From positions 25,980,001 to 26,044,000 of the forward strand of contig NC_045696.1 of NCBI RefSeq assembly GCF_009834535.1: DNA of 64,000 bases, in the 5' to 3' direction. The notes under the pieces are model-generated. The model was not told the DNA's origin and made no database searches. It saw only the letters and a list, made by a program, of their open reading frames with translations. Within the stretch, counting starts at the first letter, position 1. Each line of letters begins with the position of its first letter. Made by a program: the position numbers and the translations under genes. This DNA is from Camelus ferus (taxonomy: Eukaryota). Positions 1 to 11,560 of the stretch are shown piece by piece.

Positions 1-105
1 AGAGAGCACTGCAGCTGAAGAATAAATAGGTGGTGAAGTTGGAGTGGCAAATGGTGCCTGTTCTTTCAAGAATTCAGCTCTGAATTGGGTATGAGGGAAC
101 TAGAG

Positions 106-320
106 TAGGGTATTCCAGCCTGTGCACTCTTGCCATTTGGGATGGGTTAATTCTTTGTTGTGGAGGCTGTGCTCTACATTGTAGGATGTGTAGAAGCATC
201 TCTGACCTTTGCCCAGAAGATGCCCAATAGGACCCCTGCAGCCCAAGTTGTGACAACCACAACTTGTGTCTCCAGGCTCTGCCAAATTTCCTCTGAGGGT
301 CAAAATCAGTTGAAAATTGA
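106..320 (-). mobile_element. MER20-like hAT-Charlie DNA transposon (MITE), near full length
   Basis: Colinear match to the reverse complement of MER20 as I recall it: 'taattctttgttgtggaggctgt', 'cattgtaggatgt', 'agttgtgacaacca', 'tgtctccagg..tgccaaat'. Confidence 0.85.
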
Positions 321-686
321 TTTAAGTGTATCTAGGCATATCTAGGTGGTTAAGAATATATGGATAAGTAGCAGAAAACCTTACTACAATTTTTATTGTG
401 AAATGATTATTCAGTTAAAAAAGACCTGAAATTTTTTTGACTCTGCTTTATCTTGATTTTCAATTTTAATTTCAACAATCTTGGTTTCTGCTGTTATATG
501 AAATGTGCAGTTTTATTGATAAACATCTGTCTTGACTGGTCATAATAGAAGTTAGCCTGTTTTCTATCATGCTGTGTTTGTTCTCTTTTTAAAAATACAT
601 ACCTCAGTTTTATGTAATGGAACAGTGTAATGGAGGAAAACAAATATTTAGGATCAATCATTGCAGTAGAATTTTTAATCACTTAC

Positions 687-878
687 CTCATATTTGCTTT
701 TTCCCCCCTCTTGGTTTGGAAAAAAATAGCAATGCAGGAAATACTTTTTAAATCTCTTGAACTTTAGGTCTTTAGGCAAAAAATGATTTTTACGTATTTC
801 AAAAAAAGTATTGCAAGGTCTACAAGCAAGGCACTTGGCCCTTAAGAAGTTAATATGTAGTTTTCCCGATGGGACCAC
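687..878 (-). other. Candidate minus-strand exon (192 nt), unverified
   Basis: Acceptor 'cctcagctctctag|GTG' (AG at 880-879) and donor 'GAG|gtaagt' (686-681). Frame 0 is open, but the peptide is unrecognised. Confidence 0.2.
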
Positions 879-1498
879 CTAGAGAGCTGAGGCATAACTG
901 GTGCAGATAGGATTTCACTTTGAACACCAGTCTCCCTGTGTTTGGAACAGAAGGAGCACAGGGGTCCTCCCACAGATTGTGGCTGCCAGTGATGCAGCCC
1001 GAGTCAGTGGCAGCCCCTAGAGATAGCAGCTGTAGCCCCAGGTGGTAAATATATGACAGCAGCTTGATCTATCGACCAGGGTAAGAGGGGGTTCTGGCCT
1101 AAATGAAAATTCATGAAAAATTGATGAAGTCCCCAGATTATTTTTTCCATTTCCTTTTCTCTGCACTATGCCAGTGCAGAAAGGGGAGATTAAATGAGGC
1201 GCTGAACGCTTTAGTGGCAAGGAGGTTGTGGTTCAAAGGTCAGGGGTAACTTAGAAACTGATCTGTTTTTTTTCCTTTTCTTACTTCTAAAGCAAAACAA
1301 GAACACAAGAATTTTTGAGATTAGCTATGATTTACCTTTGCTTTGATAAAATAAAATTGCTACATGTTTAAAAGTTGGCTTTTGAGACAGCTACAAAAGA
1401 GAACAGATTTGGTTCATAATTCAATTGGGAAACTAGAAATAGATTGAATTCCATGACTGCAGGGTGATTTCTTTCTTTTCATTTCTTCTCCTCCTCCT

Positions 1499-1530
1499 TT
1501 TGTTTGTTTGTTTGTTTGTTTGTTTGTTTT
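1499..1530. repeat. (TTTG)n microsatellite
   Basis: Directly visible tandem TTTG array. Confidence 0.95.
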
Positions 1531-1934
1531 TGTTTCCATGTATCAAAACTCATGCCTCAAGAAAGTCATTTAGAGAAGGGAAAGGTCTTGCATTAGTCAC
1601 AGATTGCTAGAATAGCAAAGCTATGGAACACTCTACAAACATAATGATCCTGTTTGCTTTAAATCCAAAACTAGATTGATGTTTTATCTGTGCAAGGAAG
1701 AGAGGTTACAGAAGTAGACTGACTTTAGTAACAGAGGTCACAGTGGCATTAAAAATGAACATGAGGTGAATTGTTTCATTGATACTTCCAAGTTAATAAA
1801 TATGTAATTTGTTTTCTTTTTTCTTTTCTTTTGGCTGTAAGTGAATGTTATCCAGTCAAAATACCTTTATGCTCCAAAAAGACATGAGATAAATTAAATT
1901 GCATAAAGGATTAAACCATGGAGAGATTTTTAAA

Positions 1935-2510
1935 ATTTGCTTTATTGAGATATAATTCGCATATAACATACCCATTTGAAGTGTACAATTTCGTTTTTTT
2001 GGCATATTCACAGGGTTGTGTAACCAACATCACAATCTAATTTAAAACATTTTTGTCAGTTCTAAAGGAAACTCTATGCCCATTAGCAGTCAATTCCCAC
2101 TCCCTTGGAACCTTTCTGCTCCATCCCTAAGCAAATACTAATCTACTATCTGTCTCTGTATGTTTGCCTATTCTGGACATTTCATGTAAATAGAATTATA
2201 CAGTATATGGTCTTTTTAAACTAGCTTCTTTTTCTTAGCATAGTATTTTAAAGGATCATCTTTGTTGTAGAATATATCAGTACTTCATTCCTTTATACTG
2301 CTGAATAATACTCTATTTTGTGGATACTCCATCATTTTATCCATTCACTAGTCCGTTGATGGAAATTTGGGTTGTTTCCACTTTTTGTCTGTTATGAATA
2401 ATACTGCTATGAATATTCTTGTACAAATTGTGTGACATGGTTTCATTTGGGTATTCTCTTAGTTATATAATTAAGATTAAAATTGCGTAGTAATATGGTG
2501 ACTCTTTTTG
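1935..2510 (-). mobile_element. Ancient L1 (L1MB-like) 3' end fragment
   Basis: 'tttattgagatataattcgcatata...aagtgtacaatt', 'ctaatctactatctgtctct', 'cctattctggacatttcatgtaaatagaat', 'gttgatggaaatttgggttgtttcca' are typical of the L1M 3' UTR/ORF2 end in antisense. Confidence 0.85.
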
Positions 2511-3389
2511 AGGAATTTTTATGGAATCTTTAATTGTAGATAAAATAATATTTATTAGTGTTATTGAATTAACTGTATCTAGCTCCTCTCAAAGTACAAA
2601 ACACAGTCATGAAACATTGCCAGGATTTGACAGATATTAATGACTGGCTGGCATGTTACACTTCCTTGTGTCATATGTCTATATTTTAAGATGAGATTTA
2701 ATTAATTAAAATATAAAATAATTAACTATATAAAGCCATTGAATAGTCATGAATTTTCTATTTTTTTCTTTTACATAGTTATTTAATTCAAGTAGGTATG
2801 AATTGATGAAATAAAATCCTGAAATTACTTCCTCTTGCAGAACTTCTTGCCAGACTATGTTGACTTTGGCCCTAATTACATTGGACAATCTTGCTACTTG
2901 AATCTTCACTTTCTGTCACATTTTTATTTGTTCTGAAAGCAAACAATATTCTGGCTTCTTAGGATATGACATTATCTTTCCTGAGAATAACTGACATAAC
3001 CTTTCCCGTTCCCAGGTTATTTTTCCTACCAGACATTTTAAAGATTTTTTCCTTTACTAGAAAGGTTTAGAATAACAAATTAATGGCAATTAAAATAGAA
3101 GTTGATTAAGTAATTCCAAGAGTAGAAAAACAGAACTGCTGTCATGACACAACTTTCCTTAAAAAAACCTTATTTAAATACATAAGAGGCAATTAGTCAA
3201 ATTGGAACTGATATTCATAGATTTTGGCCAAAAAGAATATAGGAGCTACTGATTTTTTCATGATTCCTCTATTTGTGTTTCTACAAATTTCCAGAGAGAA
3301 TTCAGAGATTTTTTTTTTTTTTTTGGTAGGGTTCTGAGGGTATACAGACAAGCACTGAAAAACACTCATAGCTTAAGGTACTTGGGCCA

Positions 3390-3780
3390 TGTTATGAACT
3401 AAATTGTGTCCCCTCCCAAATTTATTGTTGAACTCCTAATCCCCAGTACCTCATTATATAACTCTATTGGGAGGTAGGGTCTTTAAAGAAATAAATTAAA
3501 ATACAGCTGTTAGAGTGAGTCCTGATCTACTGGTGGCCTTATAAGAAGACATTTGGACACAGTAGACACCAGAGATGTTTATGCACAGAGAAAAGACCTA
3601 AGAGGACACAGTGAAAGGGGGCCATATACAAGCAAAAGAGGGGAACCTCAGACGAAACTGAAGCTGTCAACACCTTAATCTTAGACTTTTAGGTGCCAGA
3701 ACTATGAGAAAATAAATTTCTACTATTTAAGCCACAGAGATTATGGTATTTTGTGATGGCAGCCCTAGCAAATTAATATA
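3390..3780 (+). mobile_element. MaLR solo LTR, MLT1B-like
   Basis: Starts 'tgttatgaactaaattgtgtcccc', contains 'gaaaataaatttct', ends 'atggcagccctagcaaattaatata'. Flanks ggcca (3385-3389) and ggaca (3781-3785) fit a 5-bp TSD with one mismatch. Confidence 0.9.
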
Positions 3781-5380
3781 GGACATTTATCTTTTAGCAA
3801 GAGTAACCACTAATGAGAAATTGTATTAAGAAAAAATCATGATGAGAATCAAATATTGTTTGTACTCTGTAGGTTTTGTACTGCCCTGCATCCACAATGC
3901 TGGTCCAAGGCTATTTTAAAAGAAATTTGTAAACTCAGTTGAAAGTATTATAAAGCATGAGTGTATCAGCATCAAGGAGTCAATCTAAAACATCTTTAAC
4001 TAGAAACAAAAGACATTAGAGAATAATCCTAGAGGGTACATGTGTGTGCATATGCATACATCTGTATTATTTGGGCTGTTTTGTGTGTGTACCTTTTAAT
4101 TTTGTAATACTCCATCAAATTCTTTCAATTACAAGTCTCATTAATAGTCACAAATAAAGGTTGTATTACTGTGCCTGGGGTACATGTTTGAACTTATGAA
4201 CTATCTAAATATGTGCAATGCTGTATTTTGATATCAGATTTCTGTTGATTGAATTAACTGTATCCAACCCCTCTCCTACTACAAGTCTCAAGTTGCCATT
4301 CACTCAAATTAGCCTGAATTAACTCTGAATTCCAGGGAAATTAACTCTGATTCCAAGGAAAGCACATAAATGGAGAGAAATCTTGATATTCTTCCTCTTT
4401 TCAAAAGATTATTTCCAAAAATGGTATAATCCTGAGCTCTGCAGACATGTAAATCCTACCCATGGAATGACAGCCAAATGTACTCATAGTGATACTAAGG
4501 CGTATGAAGAAAAAATGTTGAGGTCAGCTCTTGTGTTCAGTCCCAGAATTTTTTAAGATAAAAGTGAGAAAAGAATATTTATGGTTTGGAGAGTTTCCCA
4601 TCTGTAAACCTTCAATTTATTTTATCTCAGCTGGTATGTAAATGTAAGTTGTTTCTACTGAAAATGTATGAGGGTTGACACTGTAGTAAGGAAACATAAT
4701 TTTGTGCAGCAATTTGTATGCTTTTCTCCAAGATTTGTGTTTCATCAGAATGATAGGTCTCCAATTTTCCTTCTTTAGATTGAATTTGTTTCTGATAATT
4801 ATAATACACATTGTTCAGTTCTGAAGCAGCTCCCACAAGGTTTCTATAACTACATAAAGGAGGCTCACTTTTTTCACACGTGAGTCAGTATATATGTTAA
4901 GCTTTTTACAGGAGTATAGGAGTAAAAACAGCAGGTGAAACTTTGTTCAACTCTGGAAATTTCTTTTTCTATGGATGTTTGTAACAGTCAGTGACAATTG
5001 CTAAAGGATAAAATGTTCAATCATACTATCTACATATTCTTCCCACTCTAAAGCATTGGAATTGGTTTTCCTCTTAGGAGATTTTCAAAAGCAAAAACAT
5101 TTCCAACCACTCTTTCCTTAATTAGAAGATATCCATACATTTTTGTCAGTAAGGAATATGTTTTACAAGAAGTAATCGAGGAAGACAGCATTGGGCTCCT
5201 ATTTAGGATTTCTGTAAACTCTCTGAAGTTCCCTAATGCTACCCTTCTGGGATTTGTTCAGATGTCAGTAGTGTTTCTGGCCCTTGGAGAGAAGTCACAC
5301 AAGGACTGTAAGAGAAGCAGTTGCTTTTAATGTGACAGACAAATATATAGGCCCAGACTCTGATGAATTCCAACAGGTTT

Positions 5381-5387
5381 TTATTTT

Positions 5388-5445
<58 letters not shown>
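5381..5445. repeat. (TTTA)n microsatellite
   Basis: Directly visible array. Confidence 0.95.
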
Positions 5446-5446
<1 letters not shown>

Positions 5447-6734
5447 CAGAAATTCTACCACCCACAATAGCCTGTGGTCACTTATTCACTGGTTAGGCTA
5501 AGCCTGTTGTACAACTAACTGATCCTCAAAAAGCCAGCAGGCAAGGATGTCAGGATGTCAGCAGGAAAAGTCTGCCTTTGGCACAGTGAGGAGCATCACA
5601 AGTAGGGTCTGGAAACTGAGTGTAAATTAACATCTAGGAAGAGAAGGGGCTCTTTTTATTGCCACATCTTTTTCTTATAATCAGGCCATTTTCCAGTTAT
5701 GCAAGAACTTCTTATTATTTATAAAGACAATCATGAAGTTTTGTGTTTTTTTAATGCTGTTATCTAACATTTAAGTCTGTATAAAGATTTGGCACAAACG
5801 TTAGACAGGTTTTATGTATAACTGTAAATTATAGAAACCTAATGTGACTATTTTACTTTTATAAGATGTCATATTTGATATAGCCATTTTATATATATCT
5901 ACCTGACTCACTTTCCTCCTCCTTGCTTTTTCTGCTTATTCACATTGAATGAGGATATTCAGTGTTTTCCCTTTAATCTTTCTAGAAGTCTTTCTTAGGC
6001 TTCCTAGTTGTTAGGAGTAAAAAGCAACTTAAGAGGTCCGTGCCTTCATTGGTGCTTGTGTTATAGGTAAGAAGCCTAGGCAGCGTCATCAAGTGGCAGT
6101 GATCTTCCACCGTGGTGTAGGGTAAGGGCCTTCAGAAGGAACATGCCACAGGAGGTAAAAAGGAAGAAGTGGCACCAGATGCTTCTGGATGAGTATGAAT
6201 GATAAGTGGTCTCAGAAAACTAGAGAGAAGTATAAAAGCAAAGGCCTGAGGCTGTGTGTGATTGGCCATTTTGGGGGGGAAATTACTGTATTTGTTGAGT
6301 TGGATGTTGTATGTAGGAAAGGAGAGGGGGTTAATTTAAATAGGGAAGTAGAGATTGGTAATAATTAAACAAACTAAGGAGCTTGCATGTTATCCTAGAA
6401 GACCTAAGTTGAAGCCAGCCCTTCAATGTTTTTTGAGTTGGGAATTTTCCTTATAAGGCATGAGAGGAAATATGTTAAAGGAAGGATAAGGTGGATTGGA
6501 ACATTGAAAGAGTGTGCAGATAGATCTACAACAAGTTAAAGTATGGTAGGAAGAGGGTTGAATTAATTTGATGAATTAAGTTGATACTAGAAAGGTAAGA
6601 GATTGCATTCCAAAGGAGAACTGATAGGAATTTAAGAAATGAGTTTGTGGTCTAAGGGCTGATATAAATTTAGTTTGCTGCCTTCTAACTGCTGGGTACT
6701 CAGCGAGGTGTTGAGGATACTGATACTTAAACCA

Positions 6735-6875
6735 GGGTTGTTTAATGGGTATAGAGTTTCAGTTTTGCAAGATGTAGAAGTCCTGGAGATTCACATTGTT
6801 GCACAACAATGTGAATATTCTTAACAGTCCTGAACTATATACTTAAAAATGATTCAGATGGTATATTTTGTGTTA

Positions 6876-6878
<3 letters not shown>
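6735..6878 (+). mobile_element. Ancient L1 (L1MB-like) extreme 3' UTR fragment
   Basis: 'gttgtttaatgggtatagagtttcagttttgcaagatg...cacaacaatgtgaatat...tgaactatatacttaaaaatg'. Confidence 0.8.

Positions 6879-6879
<1 letters not shown>

Positions 6880-6917
<38 letters not shown>
6880..6917. repeat. (TG)n microsatellite
   Basis: Directly visible array. Confidence 0.95.
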
Positions 6918-6921
<4 letters not shown>

Positions 6922-7124
6922 ACCTTAGATACAAAATCAAAAAATAAAATAAGGCTTGACTCATGCCATCAAGGAGTGTTCAAGATAGTGTGAAATGTTG
7001 TAAGACCTACAGAGAGGAACACCTGAACATGTGGGAATTCAGTGGAAGAAGAGGTAGATTTTTCCAAGACAATTATGAGCCAGATGAAATGATTTCCCTA
7101 GGCAGAAAGCAAGGAAAAATAATC

Positions 7125-7305
7125 ACTGGCGTTTACTAAATGCCAGACTTTTTCTCTAAGTAGTTTATTGTAAGTATAATTCTCAAAGCAGCTCTATCAT
7201 TTTCTGTTACGTCTGAGGCCATTTCTTTATTAACTTAGCAATTTTTGAAGAGTTGGGATTTGAATCCAGGCAGCCTTCACCTAGAGTTTGCTTTCTTAAC
7301 TACTG
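7125..7305 (-). mobile_element. MIR SINE fragment
   Basis: 'gggatttgaatccaggcagcc...ctagagtttgctttcttaactactgt' is the reverse complement of the MIR tRNA-like head. Confidence 0.6.
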
Positions 7306-7964
7306 TGCAGATTGTCCTCACTGATTCATTGAAACAAACAAAACCATTTGACACTCAGAAGAAATCATTAGCATTTGTTTCAGGTATTCTACCCAGAAAC
7401 AGTTATCCAACTGTGTATGTACAATGAGGATGCTTGACTAGATGAAGTCTAAAGCTTCATTTTGGTGCTAAAATTCTGTGGTTTCATGGAATATTAAAGG
7501 AAGGAAACAACAGAAAGAGTAAGCTTTTCTATTTTTTATTTAGTTATATATTGACATTTGAGAGCTCATTAGTTTATTCAAGTAATATGATTTTCTCTGT
7601 ACAGTTCCTAGTTGTCAAATATCAGTATCAGGAAGATCCATCACTTTCAGTTCTTATTGACATGTTTGCAGGCCAAAGCAGCTTGAAGCTTAAGAATCCA
7701 ATTTATAAGAAGAGTCATCTATCATTTTGTATCTAAAGATAACTTGACTAAGTTTTATAGAAAAAGGAGTATGATAGTAGCAGTAATACCCTTAAAATAC
7801 TTTCTCGAGTTCTTTGGAAGTTATTAACACATTTACATGCATTATGTCATGGCATATATATTTGTAGAAATTTACTAACTTTGATAGTTTCTCTCTAAGT
7901 TCAGTGCCTAATATTAACATTGATCAATTTGGCTTTCAAGTAACTATTTATAATTTTTAATTTA

Positions 7965-9325
7965 AAAAATTAATTAAAGGAGGAAGACTTGTTTTCTCAA
8001 TAACTGATACTTGGAGCAATTGGATATTCATATTAAAAAAAGAAGCTCAACTTACACTTCATACGTTATAAAAATGAATTCAAAATGGATCAAATATTTA
8101 AATGTAAATCATAAAACTATAAAACTTTTAGAAAATGTGACAAAATCTTTGGTACTTTGGGCTTGGTGAAGAGTTCTCAGATGTGATACCACAGCAGAAG
8201 CCAAAAACATAAGGTAAATAAATTTGACTTCATTAAAATGAGAAATTTTCCTCTATAAAAGATCCTGTTAAGAGAATAAAAAGACAAATCACATAGAAGG
8301 AGAACGTATTTGCAAGCCACTTATATCTGTCCAAAGACTCAGACCTAAAGGATATAAAGATCTCTCAAAATTTAACATTAAATGTAACAGTCTAATTAGA
8401 AAAAGGGCATGGCATAAAGAAATATTTTACCAAAAATGATAAATGGCTGGCAGATAAGAACTTGAAGAAATGTTAAACATCACTGGCCTTAGGGGAATTT
8501 ACATTAAGTTGGACTATACTAAGTTATCACTACATAGCTTTTTAGAACAACCAAAATAAAAAATCATGTCTCATTCATTACTGGTGGGAGTAAAAAATTG
8601 TACAGCCACCCTGGAATATAGTTTGACAGTTTCTTAAAACACTAAATATATACTTACTATATATTTGCATTCCTGGGTGTTTAAGAGAAATGATAACTTT
8701 TACCTGCACAAAAATCTATACAGAATTTTAATAGCTGCTTTGTTTGTAATAGGAAAAAACATGAAAACAACAACTAAAATGTCCCTGAGTAGGTGAATGG
8801 TTAAACAAACCATGCTATATCTACATCATGGAATACTACTCAGCAATAAAAAGGAGTGAATTATTGATATGCACAACGACTTAGATGGATCTCAAGAGCT
8901 TTATGCTGAGTGAAGAAAGCCATTTCTAAAGGTCACATACTGTATAATTCCATTTATGTTAACCTCCTCATAATGACAAATTTATAGTGATGGAAAACAT
9001 TAGTGATTGTCAAAGGTTAAGGATGATTTGGGAAAGAGGGATAGGTTTGACTATGAAGGGAAAGCAACAAGGTGATCTTTGTGGTGGTGAAATAGTTGTG
9101 AATCTTGGTTGTGATGATGGTTATATAAATATGTACTTGTGATAAAGTGACATAGAAGCACACACGTTATACTAATGTCTAATTCCTGGTTTTGGTATTG
9201 CAGTATTATTATGTAAGATGTAACCTATACATTGGAGGGATACTGGGTAAATGGTACAAGAGACATCTCTGTACTATCTTTACAGCTTCCTATGAATCTA
9301 TAATTATTTCAAAATAAAAAGTTAA
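7965..9325 (+). mobile_element. Ancient L1 (L1MC/L1MD-like), degenerate ORF2 3' part plus 3' UTR
   Basis: 'aattcaaaatggatcaaa', 'tggaatactactcagcaataaaaagga', 'atactgtataattccatttat'; ends 'ctctgtactatcttt...ttcaaaataaaaagtt'. Confidence 0.85.
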
Positions 9326-11254
9326 GACAAATAAGCTACCTAACTACTTTAAGTAGACATAAAAATATAAATAAAAATGTCCTATAAGAAATCAATAATT
9401 TATGACTTGAATATTTGTGTTTTGCTTAAACTTTGATGAAATCATTTTTATTAAATGTCCATAGTATCTTTAAAATTCACATATTCAGGTTCAGAAATTC
9501 ACTGTTTGAAATTAATACATTCAACTTGTGGTATGTTGTACATACAGTCCTGTGAATTTCTTCGTGTATTTTTGATTTTTGCTCCATTATGGCTTTTGGG
9601 TTTAATGACAGAGTTGGTTTTTTTTTTTAATTGGGGTTGGAAGTTGGGGAGGTTACAGTAAGAGAGGAAAGGTTGTTCATATGAATAAAGTAAGAGTCCT
9701 TAATACTTGACTTAATGAACAGGGTTCATTATAAAGCTGCCCCAAAGTCTCTTACTCTAAAATGCATTAATAGTTCAGATTAAGAAATGTGGTCCAGCTT
9801 GATTCTTTGCTGCTCAAACTATGGATGGAATATCATTAATAGTTCTGAGTACCAATTTATATTCATCTTTAAAACTGAAATACCACTAGAAGAGAAAGAT
9901 TAAGGATTTAAGTCTATCACAACTAGATAAAGTGGAAAGAACTGGAATTATTATTGAAGTAGGAGCAATGAATACATGAGTAGGTCCAGTAGTTCTCACC
10001 AAGCACTTCAAGAACTGCCATACCAAGGAGAGAATATGTTTGTTTCATGTGACCTTTGAATAAAGAAAAGGACCAGTGGTTGGGAGTTGCAGATTTTGCC
10101 TCAGCGTGCCAGACAATGATTATGGTATATGTGTTCTTTCTTGATATTTTAAAGAATTATAGGCAAACCAAGACCAAAATGATGATGTGGTCAGAAGAGA
10201 GCCTAAAAGATTACATACAACTCTACGTTTTGGTATAGCTTTGCCTTATGTTTTCCCTCAAAGGAAAAAAAAAAACAGTTTTCATGGTAATGAAATAAGA
10301 TAACTTCTTACTGATGACTTACTTAGTCTCATCACTTTCCTATTCACAAGGAATTCCATAAAGTAGAAATGATATTCTTGAATTTAGTATTACCATGTTT
10401 CATTAAAAGTCCTTGGAAGAATCCCACTTAAGCATATGTCTTACACATCTTACTTTGAAATCCTTTGAGATTATAAGCAATTAAATTAATTGCACTTTGT
10501 AGTCCAACCCCTCATTTATAACATATAATTCCCCAGGACCCACACTTCTAGATTCAAGAGTAGCTTGATAGAAAGGCTGATTTATTTTTGTTTTCTTCCT
10601 GGATCTGCTTTAAATATTCTTAAAAGAAGGAGGAAGATGCTGTGTTTAATATTCATATAGGATTTTCTTTTAAAAGCAGCTCCTCTCAAAAGCCTATTGT
10701 TAAACAGGACTACCTAGAAAGGGGTCAACTTGCAAAATCCTTCTTAAGTACTTGTTTGGTTCTTAGAAGGATTGATGGATATGCTGATAGAATCTAATCT
10801 TCAAATGTGTATGTCATTAATAGAGATGTAAGAATCTCAATTTACTTTGTCTTTCTCTTTTCTGTCATGTCATAAGGAAAAGCTTTACTAATGAAGTACC
10901 CAATGGTAATAACCCATTATATTCTAGGATCTCTCTTTATATCAGATGACATGCAAATGAACTGTTCTATTTCTGTGAAGAAAAGAGAGACAAGGAGTGG
11001 TCTAGTTAATCATACTTGAGGGCTGCCATAGTTGTCTTCTGGGAAATATTATCATTATTCATTCTTATTTAAGGGTCCTTGTTCTATGCATAAGAAAATC
11101 TCCCATTCATTCCATTTGGGTTTGATGTTAATTACAGGGGCATTAATGGAAGCTTTTTCATAAGAAATGAATGTAGGATTAAGTCAGAAAAAAAAAAAAA
11201 AAGGCAACCTTTGGGTGAGTCAGGTCATCACAGAACCGTGTACATGGAAGCTGG

Positions 11255-11375
11255 CAGGTTGAGGAACCTTAGAGATCATCAGTCCCCTTGTTGTTCAGAT
11301 GTAGAAACTGAGGCCCTGAGAAGTGAATTGACTTAATCAAAACCCCTGGCTGATGAGAGGCAGACTTGAGATGAC
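11255..11375 (-). mobile_element. MIR/MIR3 core fragment
   Basis: 'ccttagagatcatc...cagatgtagaaactgaggccctgagaagtgaattgactt'. Confidence 0.7.
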
Positions 11376-11447
11376 AAATGAGGGAGCTAATTTCATCAGA
11401 GAGCAATGTAGGGAAAAGATAATTTGGGGAATTTCTTTCCCCAGAAA

Positions 11448-11560
11448 GGACCAGGTTCTGGCCCTTTTCTCCTACTAACCATGTAATTTTGACAAACCTT
11501 TTTAGCCTCTCTGGGTCTGTTTTCTTGAGTTTAAGGTGAGAGAATTAGACTAGATCATTT
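11448..11560 (+). mobile_element. MIR/MIR3 core fragment
   Basis: 'ctactaaccatgtaattttgacaaacc...cctctctgggtctgttttctt...ttagactagatca'. Confidence 0.55.

Noticed and set aside
2838..2936. Plus-strand acceptor 'ttcctcttgcag' followed by NFLPDYVDFGPNY...
   Set aside because: No donor before the stop and no recognisable protein.
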